Position numbers and translations under genes: made by a program. Below, one piece after another: positions 1 to 6,703 of a stretch of 32,000 bases of DNA. The notes under the pieces are model-generated. The model was not told where the DNA came from. It searched no databases and saw only the letters and a list, made by a program, of their open reading frames with translations. Every line of letters starts with the position of its first letter. Position 1 is the stretch's first letter. Source of the DNA: Chlamydiota bacterium (GTDB lineage: Bacteria; Auribacterota; JACPWU01); assembly GCA_016196885.1 (NCBI GenBank), contig JACPWU010000021.1:51038-83037 (forward strand), given 5' to 3'.

Positions 1-764
1 TCTTTCTTCGATAGATTGTGGTTCTTCATCGTTTCTTCCACTTCTTGAACGAGCGTTGACTCATCCAAAGAAGAAACATGGATCTCTTCCTCTTTAAAAC
101 CCTGAACAACCAATACAAATTCTCCTTTGAGATTTTTTAAATCCAACCGGGAAAGAATCTCTTTCAGAAAACCCCTTTCGAAAGTTTCAAACTTTTTGGT
201 CAATTCTCTGGCAACCGTGACCTTTCTATTTCCAAAAATTTCGAAAAGATCTTTAAGACTTTCTTTGATCCGGCGTACAGATTCATAAAAAATCAAAGTC
301 CTTGGCTCTGCTTTCAAATCCATGAGAAATTTTCTTCTGGCCATTTTTCTCTCTGGCAAAAATCCCTCGAAGGCAAAGCGATGAAGCGGCAATCCTGAAA
401 TCGTCAAAGCCGTCAAAAAAGCGGCAGGCCCCGGAATAGCAAAAACGGGAATCTGATGCTCAATGGCAAGAGCGATCACTTTAAAACCCGGATCCGAAAT
501 CCCGGGTGTTCCGGCATCGCTCACCAAGGCAATGTCTTGTCCTTGCCGAAGACGCTCGATCAAATCAAGGGAACGAGACTTTTCATTAAAATCGTGACAA
601 CTGACGAGGGGCTTGTGAATATCATATCTTTGGAGGAGCTTACTCGTTTGGCGTGTGTCTTCACAAGCAATCAGGGTGACCTCTTTCAAAATCCTCAGCG
701 CCCGCAAAGTAATATCCTCTAAGTTTCCAATGGGAGTTGAAACAACATAAAGCGTTCCGGACAT
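1..764 (-). CDS. rsmI: 16S rRNA (cytidine1402-2'-O)-methyltransferase RsmI, C-terminus cut by window edge
   Basis: Absent from ORF track because it runs off the left edge. Hand translation from ATG 764..762 gives MSGTLYVVSTPIGNLEDITLRALRILKEVTLIACEDTRQTSKLLQRYDI...VSDAGTPGISDPGF...RTLIFYES, the RsmI/tetrapyrrole-methylase signature. The frame stays open to base 1. Confidence 0.85.
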   Translation of the reverse strand, partial: MSGTLYVVSTPIGNLEDITLRALRILKEVTLIACEDTRQTSKLLQRYDIHKPLVSCHDFNEKSRSLDLIERLRQGQDIALVSDAGTPGISDPGFKVIALAIEHQIPVFAIPGPAAFLTALTISGLPLHRFAFEGFLPERKMARRKFLMDLKAEPRTLIFYESVRRIKESLKDLFEIFGNRKVTVARELTKKFETFERGFLKEILSRLDLKNLKGEFVLVVQGFKEEEIHVSSLDESTLVQEVEETMKNHNLSKK

Positions 765-772
765 AGATCGCC

Positions 773-1885
773 TCAAGCCTTCTTGAAATACCCTTGTGCA
801 AACTGAATTCTTCTGTGAATACTCGGATGATCATAAAGAAAAATTTCCACCCAGCGGGGTGGATTCATTTCGGAGAGATTTTGCTCGGCCAATTTCTTCA
901 TGGCCCGAGTAAAGGCATCTACATTTCGGGTCTGGTCTAAAGCAAATTGGTCCGCCTGCTTTTCTAATTTCCGAGAATACCCATTTTGAAAAGGCATCAA
1001 CAAAAGTGAAAAAAGAAAAAGGATTAAAAGAAGGATCGGCAGCCCTGCAACGTCGGCAATTCCATTCAGATGAAGGGTTAGAATCAACCGCCCTAAAAAT
1101 TGAGAAGCACAAAAAAATCCCGAAAGACTTGCAAAAAGTCCCAACGTCATCAGCCGCCAAAGATGACGATGGTAATCATGTCCCAATTCATGCGCCAAAA
1201 CCACTTCAATTTCATCTGGCGAAAAATGTGTAATCAAAGTATCCCCCAAAATAATTCTCTTAGAACTTCCGAGCCCCGTACACATGGCATTCGCCTTTTT
1301 AGTCTTTCGACTCATGTCCATTTGAAAAACGCCCAGCACCTTCACGCCCGCGCGATGGGCCAAAGCCTTCAGTTTTTCCACCAAAGAAGAATCCTTGAGT
1401 GGCTCCACCTTATAAAAAAGCGGCAAAATCAAGGTCGGGGTAATCCGCCCTAAAATCACCGTGAAAAGAAAATAGAAAAAAGAGGCAAAAAGCCACCATC
1501 CATGAGGAAACGCCCTCAACAAAATGTAAATGACCTCAACAGAGATAAGAGAAAAAATCAAATTTAAGAAAAAACCCTTCACTCCATCCCACAACCACTG
1601 GAGAAAACTCTGTTTAGACAGCTTAAAATAATGCTCCACACGAAACGCAGCATACCCTAAAGGAAAGGCAATCATCGTCATTAAAATTATAAATACACCC
1701 ATATATAATGCGTTTTTTACATAAAAATTGGGAAAGTAACTATAAATAATACTTAATAAATTAAAAGAACATCCACTTATTTGGAAAAAAAGCAAAAATA
1801 GAAGAAAAATAAAGAGGTTAGCCATAAAAAATAACCTCTTTATTTTTGCATAACTTTTTGACTTAGAATGAGTTTCTTTTTCCAT
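773..1885 (-). CDS. M48-family (Ste24/HtpX-like) zinc metallopeptidase, polytopic membrane protein
   Basis: 370-aa ORF with several hydrophobic segments, HEXXH motif in LAHELGHDYHRH, and a C-terminal YDHPSIHRRI motif typical of Ste24-type M48 peptidases. ATG confirmed at 1885..1883. Confidence 0.85.
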   Translation of the reverse strand: MEKETHSKSKSYAKIKRLFFMANLFIFLLFLLFFQISGCSFNLLSIIYSYFPNFYVKNALYMGVFIILMTMIAFPLGYAAFRVEHYFKLSKQSFLQWLWDGVKGFFLNLIFSLISVEVIYILLRAFPHGWWLFASFFYFLFTVILGRITPTLILPLFYKVEPLKDSSLVEKLKALAHRAGVKVLGVFQMDMSRKTKKANAMCTGLGSSKRIILGDTLITHFSPDEIEVVLAHELGHDYHRHLWRLMTLGLFASLSGFFCASQFLGRLILTLHLNGIADVAGLPILLLILFLFSLLLMPFQNGYSRKLEKQADQFALDQTRNVDAFTRAMKKLAEQNLSEMNPPRWVEIFLYDHPSIHRRIQFAQGYFKKA

Positions 1886-1926
1886 AGTGAATTCTTCAAT
1901 AAAAAAATATACGGTGGGAAATAATT

Positions 1927-2763
1927 TTATGAGGAGACAGCTTCTACAATTCTCTCCAAATCTTCCACAGAATAATATTCAATCTCGATTTTGCCCTTTT
2001 TCTGACCGTGTTTGATATAAACCTTGGTATGAAGTGCCTCTTCTAACTTTTCTTCCATGGCCTTGAGCTCAGGATTTTTCTTCAAAATCTTTCGATGAAA
2101 AGGTTTTTTCTGAACTTGCACCCTCTCTTCAATTTCGCGAACGGAAAGGCCCCTTTTCACAACCTCTTGCGCCCATTTGATCTGGTCTTGCGAGTTGGAA
2201 AGCCCCAAAATAGCCTTGGCATGCCCAAAGGTTAAATCCCCTTTTTCCATCATTTCTTGAATTTCTTTGGGGAGACTCAAAAGGCGAAGAAAGTTGGCTA
2301 CCGTCGCTCTGTTTTTTCCAACCTTCTCTGCTACAGAGTCTTGAGTCAATTCATAATCCCGCATCAGCCGCATGTAGGCCCGGGCTTCCTCCATCAGACC
2401 TAAATTCTGCCTCTGAATATTCTCAATCAACGCCATTTGCAAAGAGGCTTCATCTGTTGCCTCTTTCACAAGCGCTGGAATCCGTGTCCAGCCCAAGGCC
2501 TTGGCAGCCCTGAGTCGCCTTTCTCCAGCGATTAATTCATATCGGGATTGATGTCTGCGAACCAAAATAGGTTGAAGAAGCCCGCTTGTTTTCAATGACT
2601 CTTTGAGTTCTATCAAAGAAGCCTCATCAAAATCTTTTCGAGGCTGCTGGGGATTGAGATCTATCCATTGAATATCCACCGATTCTACTTTCCCATCAGG
2701 TCCTGCAATGGGTGTGTTTTGAATTAATGCACCTAACCCCTTGCCTAAAGCTTGCTTAGCCAT
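1927..2763 (-). CDS. parB: Chromosome partitioning protein ParB/Spo0J
   Basis: N-terminal KQALGKGLGALI, arginine-patch box GERRLRAAK, and LIENIQRQNL HTH region. Sits directly downstream of parA. Confidence 0.95.
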   Translation of the reverse strand: MAKQALGKGLGALIQNTPIAGPDGKVESVDIQWIDLNPQQPRKDFDEASLIELKESLKTSGLLQPILVRRHQSRYELIAGERRLRAAKALGWTRIPALVKEATDEASLQMALIENIQRQNLGLMEEARAYMRLMRDYELTQDSVAEKVGKNRATVANFLRLLSLPKEIQEMMEKGDLTFGHAKAILGLSNSQDQIKWAQEVVKRGLSVREIEERVQVQKKPFHRKILKKNPELKAMEEKLEEALHTKVYIKHGQKKGKIEIEYYSVEDLERIVEAVSS

Positions 2764-2869
2764 AGTTATGCCTCCTCGTTATTTTGATTTATCCCCTTCC
2801 TCGTCCACACCTGCAAACACTTACCCTGACTCGGTCATGTGGAGAGGGCTCCCCCCTTATTTCAAGTTT

Positions 2870-3742
2870 TTACAAGATTTTATAGTCCCCGCGGGATAGT
2901 TCCCTGTGGAAAAGAGGGCTGGGGGAGTTATGAGTTTTCGTAGTGTCGCCAACCTTTAAGGATTCAAAAGATTGAACCCCTAAGTTACGTTCCATAAACT
3001 CCTTAGCAAACTGTAAATAGCTTTCAGCTCCTATCGAAGCCTCATCATAATAAAGAATCGGTTTCCCGAAGCTGGGGGCTTCGCTCAGTCGGACACTGCG
3101 AGGAATGACTGTTTTGAATATGAACTCTGGGAAATACTTGCGCACCTCTTCCATCACTTGCCGCGTTAAATTGGTTCTCAAATCAGCCATGGTGAAAAGA
3201 ATGCCTGCGACTCCCAAATGCGAATTGATATTGGCCCGGACCAGATCCACCGTTTTTAGAAGCTGTGTTAATCCCTCCAAGGCATAATACTCGCATTGAA
3301 TCGGCATGAGAACCCCATCAGCCGCTGAAAGGGCATTGATGGTCAGCACATTTAAAGAAGGCGGACAATCAATGATAATGCATCCATAATTTTCCTTAGC
3401 TTTTGCTAAGAGCTTTCTTAAAATATTATTTCTATCCTCGATTTCTAAAAGCTCAATCTCAGCTCCCGTTAAATCCGCAACTGAGGGAATCACCTCCATT
3501 CCATCCCAAGAAGTGGACACGATTGCTTCGGCTAGAGGCAATTGCTTCACCAAAACACTGTAAATACTCTTTTCAATTTTATTTCGATCCAAACCGACGC
3601 CACTGGTCGCATTGGCTTGGGGATCCATGTCAATGAGAAGAGTTTTAACTTTTAACCGGGAGAGAGAAGCAGCCAAATTAACAGCCGTGGTCGTTTTTCC
3701 AACGCCCCCTTTTTGGTTGGTAACCGCAATGATTTTACCCAT
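2870..3742 (-). CDS. parA: Chromosome partitioning ATPase ParA/Soj (with a roughly 35-aa non-canonical C-terminal tail)
   Basis: Deviant Walker A in MGKIIAVTNQKGGVGKTTT and conserved DCPPSL. The ORF continues past the usual Soj end (...AKEFMERN). Confidence 0.95.
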   Translation of the reverse strand: MGKIIAVTNQKGGVGKTTTAVNLAASLSRLKVKTLLIDMDPQANATSGVGLDRNKIEKSIYSVLVKQLPLAEAIVSTSWDGMEVIPSVADLTGAEIELLEIEDRNNILRKLLAKAKENYGCIIIDCPPSLNVLTINALSAADGVLMPIQCEYYALEGLTQLLKTVDLVRANINSHLGVAGILFTMADLRTNLTRQVMEEVRKYFPEFIFKTVIPRSVRLSEAPSFGKPILYYDEASIGAESYLQFAKEFMERNLGVQSFESLKVGDTTKTHNSPSPLFHRELSRGDYKIL

Positions 3743-3758
3743 AAGGGAATCTCCAGAG

Positions 3759-3830
3759 GACAGAACTCAGAATACAGAATAAATACAACTCCTTAATCAT
3801 TCTGACTTCTGAGTTCTGTCTTCTGTCTTC
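3759..3830. repeat. Hairpin with tandem 7-nt arms (TTCTGNN units) upstream of parA
   Basis: 3759-3780 (gacagaactcagaatacagaat) pairs with 3799-3820 (attctgacttctgagttctgtc): 22 bp with 2 adjacent mismatches and an 18-nt loop. The 3' side continues as tctgact/tctgagt/tctgtct/tctgtct. Confidence 0.7.
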
Positions 3831-3839
3831 CGATCTATT

Positions 3840-3855
3840 AGTTCCACGTGGAACA
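3840..3855. promoter_or_regulatory. parS: parS centromere-like site (AGTTCCACGTGGAACA)
   Basis: Matches the ParB-binding consensus TGTTNCACGTGAAACA in 14/16 positions (15/16 if the N is allowed symmetrically in the right half). The 14-bp core GTTCCACGTGGAAC is a perfect palindrome. Lies about 100 bp upstream of parA. Confidence 0.75.
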
Positions 3856-3978
3856 AAATAATGATACATGGCTTATACAAAAGAAAGCAAGATTTTTGAT
3901 GAGCAAAATTAAGAAATCCGCCTTTTTTATTGTGGGTGACTCTGAAAGGGTCCCTCCAAGTTATTCTGGAAATTGATT

Positions 3979-4034
3979 GTAGTCGCCCCATTTATGGGGC
4001 CATGCATGGATTGCCCGATAAATCGGGCGACTAC
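3979..4034. repeat. REPIN-1: inverted doublet of GTAG-headed 22-nt REP units
   Basis: GTAGTCGCCCCATTTATGGGGC (3979-4000), a 12-nt spacer, then the reverse complement of GTAGTCGCCCGATTTATCGGGC (4013-4034). Confidence 0.8.
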
Positions 4035-4098
4035 GCTTGACGGATCAAGAATACTTGAGCCAAGTCCATATGCCAAAATTTATTTCTCCGACAGGCTC

Positions 4099-4280
4099 CT
4101 AGCCCGCATTTCTCATCAGATTTCGTCGCGAGTCCGCCTAAGGTGGATTGGAGGGGAGGTTGCACGACTGAGGCCATGCGAGGCATACCTTACAGTATGT
4201 TGAGCGTGGCCGACCGAGTCTGCACGGAGGGACGAAGCGGAATCGGAGAAGAGCGGCAGAAATCTGACGAGAAACGGCCA
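4099..4280. repeat. Copy A of a roughly 180-nt structured repeat (degenerate closing stem)
   Basis: Shares long identical blocks with 29182-29367: cccgcatttctcatcagatttcgtc, cgagtccgcctaagg, gccatgcgaggcatac, gttgagcgtggccgacc and gaatcggagaagagc. The termini are inverted repeats. Confidence 0.65.
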
Positions 4281-4317
4281 TGACTTTCAGTCACAAAGGG
4301 GGATGAAAATCACCCTT

Positions 4318-4362
4318 GTAGTCGCCCCATTTATGGGGCTGCCCGATGAATCGGGCGACTAC
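4318..4362. repeat. REPIN-2: inverted REP doublet, same orientation as REPIN-1
   Basis: GTAGTCGCCCCATTTATGGGGC, a 1-nt spacer, then the reverse complement of GTAGTCGCCCGATTCATCGGGC. Confidence 0.8.
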
Positions 4363-4421
4363 AAGTAATCATAACTTATTGTATAAAAATAAGTAAAGAC
4401 TATTTTCAGATGAAACGCGGG

Positions 4422-5078
4422 CTAAAACCCTGCCTGAGATTCTAACTGCTTCTGCCAGGCTAGGCGAATCATTTCTAATTTTCTCAAAATATCTTGGAAA
4501 GAAGACCCTTGGTCTATCATCATAACCAGTTCATCAATATCTTTCGTCGTCAATCCCAGATTGACACTTCTCGTCTCTTGTTGGACCCAGGTCACATTTC
4601 TGCGAATCAAATCTAAGCTGCCCGGTTTCTCCTCTCTGGAGAAGGACTGGACATAAGAGGCCACACATTCTGCACCTTCTAAATGCACTCCCAATATAAA
4701 AAGGCTTGAAATCTGTGTGCTTAAACTCGCCCACGTGTTTTGTTCAAACTCAATGCTGCCAAGCAAACTCTGTCGAATTTCTGGAAAAGTGAGCTGATCT
4801 AACTGAGATTGAAGCTGAACCAGAGAATTGGCTGGATTTCCCATTCTTCGAGAAGTATCAATGCTCCAGGAAAGATTTCGCTTGATTAAATCGAGGGACC
4901 CTGGTCTTTCAGCTGTTGAAAAAGCCTCATTCAAAGAAGCGGTGCACTCGGCCCCTCCCAATTGTATCCCCAAAATAAACACGTCCCTCTTCATTTCATC
5001 AGCCAAGGATTTTCCAGGATGAAAAACAGCAAGGGTTAGAACCAAAAATAAAGCCTCAACAAAGGATTTAAGTTTCAA
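4422..5078 (-). CDS. Hypothetical secreted protein with an internal tandem duplication of about 90 aa
   Basis: TTG start preceded by AAGGAGG with 5-nt spacing. Signal-peptide-like N-terminus MKLKSFVEALFLVLTLAVFHPGKSLA. Two repeats share FILG.xL.GAEC.AS...FS..E.PGSLDLI.RN..W. I recognise no family. Confidence 0.7.
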   Translation of the reverse strand: MKLKSFVEALFLVLTLAVFHPGKSLADEMKRDVFILGIQLGGAECTASLNEAFSTAERPGSLDLIKRNLSWSIDTSRRMGNPANSLVQLQSQLDQLTFPEIRQSLLGSIEFEQNTWASLSTQISSLFILGVHLEGAECVASYVQSFSREEKPGSLDLIRRNVTWVQQETRSVNLGLTTKDIDELVMMIDQGSSFQDILRKLEMIRLAWQKQLESQAGF

Positions 5079-5113
5079 GAAAACCTCCTTTCATTAAGAG
5101 CAGTGAATAGCAC

Positions 5114-5149
5114 TTAAATGTTTTGTTCCACGTGGAACAAAACATTTAA
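5114..5149. promoter_or_regulatory. parS: 36-bp perfect palindrome containing parS (TGTTCCACGTGGAACA at 5124-5139)
   Basis: ttaaatgttttgttccac|gtggaacaaaacatttaa is fully self-complementary. The central 16-mer differs from B. subtilis-type parS TGTTCCACGTGAAACA at one base and fits TGTTNCACGTGNAACA. It abuts the stop codon at 5150. Confidence 0.85.
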
Positions 5150-6604
5150 TTAACTTCCAAAAAAATCATCCAGGGTTAAAATGGTATCAAAATAAGCCCC
5201 TGTCTTCACTGCTTTTTGAACGCCGTGGGAGGCAATGAGGACTCTGCGAAAACTTTTTTTCTTGAGTTGGAGATGCGTTTCAAAAAGTTTTATCTTATCC
5301 TCAAAAGCATGAACTACTTCCATCCCGACAGGCCTTCTCTGATATTTGATTTCGCAAAGCGTTATCACGTGATCATCCCGGTCAAAGACAAGATCCATTT
5401 GAAAACCAGGATTCTTGTCTTGAGTCTTCCGGTTAAAAAAGACCCCGTGGCGATATCGGACAGATGCAAATCCCAAAAGATCGGCAAGGTCTGTATGATG
5501 GCTTCTACAAAACCTCTCGAAGGCCAAACCCAACCATTTTTGATAACTTGAAACATCGAGTCCCATCCCGGGATTTTCGTCAAAGTCACCCAGGGTAATA
5601 CGATTCAGTTGGGGTCGGATAAATTTATTGTAGAATTGAATGTAGTAGTCTCTGATACCGTATCTGACCAGTAGACTTTTGAAATCAGCGAAATAAGGGG
5701 TGTTTCTCTCGATAAAGGTACATCTTTCAAGGTCCTCAAGCACTTTTGTGATCTCGCCGCCAGAACTGATTCCCAGATGATGGGCAATTTCATCACGGGT
5801 TGAAAATTTTTTGCGGGACAAGAAGTCTAGGATTTTTTGATAATGTTTGTTCGAAGATAAACTGCTCGTAAAAATGCGATCGTATTCTCTTACAAAAAGG
5901 CCGGTGGAAGAAAATGCGTTTTGGCAAATTCCTAAAAAGACAGAATCCGCTTCTTTAAGATATTTCAAATACTCTGGAATTCCGCCCACCGTCAAATAGG
6001 CCTCCATGACTTCTTCATGAGATCGGCTTCCAAGAAATGTTTTAACCTCTTTCACGGAAAGTTCTTTCAGGTGAAATTCATGCATGGAACGATTGTATAA
6101 CGCCTTGGAATGCAATACCTTATTAACCAAAAAGGAAGGGGAAGACCCACACAGAATGAGCAAGAGCTTTGGATGATGTCTAAAATGATTGTCCCAAGCC
6201 CACTTCAAATCAGAAATAAATTCATCTTTTTGATCTGCTAGCCACTGAACCTCTTCAAAGTAAAGGGTCCAGATCCCTTTTCGAAGGGCATCTGCCAGAA
6301 TTTTGAAAAACTCCATCCAGGTCTCATGTCCGGAAAAAGGGCGTTTCTTTTTTTTAAGGTAATAGCCCAATTGGATATAACAACGTTTCAGTTGTTCAGA
6401 GCCCTTAAGTCCTTCAACCCCCTCAAATTTCAGGATATTCCGGTCCCGAAAGGTTTGTTCCAAAAGCTCGGTTTTCCCAACCCGGCGACGGCCGTACATC
6501 ACGATGATTTGGGCCTTGGGGGAATGGGCAATCTGGAGGAGCTTTTCTTGTTCCTGCCTTCGTCCAATGAAATTGGAATGAATGGGTATTTGTTTGGATT
6601 TCAT
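5150..6604 (-). CDS. AAA+ ATPase of the archaeal-ATPase/DUF234 type with a C-terminal PD-(D/E)xK-like motif
   Basis: FIGRRQEQEKL...IIVMYGRRRVGKTELL Walker A; C-terminal MDLVFDRDDHVITLCEIKYQ. The track ORF begins at TTG 6616; the first ATG is 6604 (MKSKQIP). Confidence 0.85.
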   Translation of the reverse strand: MKSKQIPIHSNFIGRRQEQEKLLQIAHSPKAQIIVMYGRRRVGKTELLEQTFRDRNILKFEGVEGLKGSEQLKRCYIQLGYYLKKKKRPFSGHETWMEFFKILADALRKGIWTLYFEEVQWLADQKDEFISDLKWAWDNHFRHHPKLLLILCGSSPSFLVNKVLHSKALYNRSMHEFHLKELSVKEVKTFLGSRSHEEVMEAYLTVGGIPEYLKYLKEADSVFLGICQNAFSSTGLFVREYDRIFTSSLSSNKHYQKILDFLSRKKFSTRDEIAHHLGISSGGEITKVLEDLERCTFIERNTPYFADFKSLLVRYGIRDYYIQFYNKFIRPQLNRITLGDFDENPGMGLDVSSYQKWLGLAFERFCRSHHTDLADLLGFASVRYRHGVFFNRKTQDKNPGFQMDLVFDRDDHVITLCEIKYQRRPVGMEVVHAFEDKIKLFETHLQLKKKSFRRVLIASHGVQKAVKTGAYFDTILTLDDFFGS

Positions 6605-6650
6605 AAAAATCGCCAATTACTGTTGTAAAATCTCATAATTGGCGATTTTT
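6605..6650. repeat. 15-bp perfect-stem hairpin abutting the ATPase start codon
   Basis: aaaaatcgccaatta (6605-6619) pairs with taattggcgattttt (6636-6650), with a 16-nt loop. Confidence 0.7.
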
Positions 6651-6659
6651 GTCAATATT

Positions 6660-6697
6660 TTATCCAAATAGTATCATTTTTATAGCTATTTGGATAA
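6660..6697 (-). terminator. 12-bp perfect-stem hairpin just downstream of the mnmG stop
   Basis: ttatccaaatag (6660-6671) pairs with ctatttggataa (6686-6697). No U-tract follows on the minus-strand RNA, so a terminator role is uncertain. Confidence 0.3.
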
Positions 6698-6703
6698 TGG
6701 GTC

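Noticed and set aside
3797-3991. 64-aa minus-strand ORF upstream of parA.
   Set aside because: It spans the heptamer hairpin, the parS site and part of REPIN-1. It has no Shine-Dalgarno and a composition typical of non-coding sequence.
3973-4203. Plus-strand ORFs lying inside the repeats: 3973-4203 and 29154-29372. Also the 153-aa minus-strand ORF 29087-29548.
   Set aside because: They are built from REPIN and structured-repeat sequence. Between copies A and B the variable block differs by 1 nt in length, so the conserved core (gccatgcgaggcata) is read in different frames. That is incompatible with a conserved protein. The proximal end of 29087-29548 is the frameshifted ATPase remnant and the rest has no recognisable features.
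3979-4362. Repeated 22-mers with small spacers as a possible CRISPR array.
   Set aside because: The units are in inverted rather than direct orientation. Spacers are 1, 12 and 24 nt within doublets. There are only two doublets at this locus, and no cas genes are present.
6660-6697. Inverted pair of TTATCCAAA as DnaA boxes or oriC.
   Set aside because: Each has one mismatch from the consensus. There are only two boxes, with no AT-rich unwinding element and no dnaA nearby. This is kept only as a side note in a finding.
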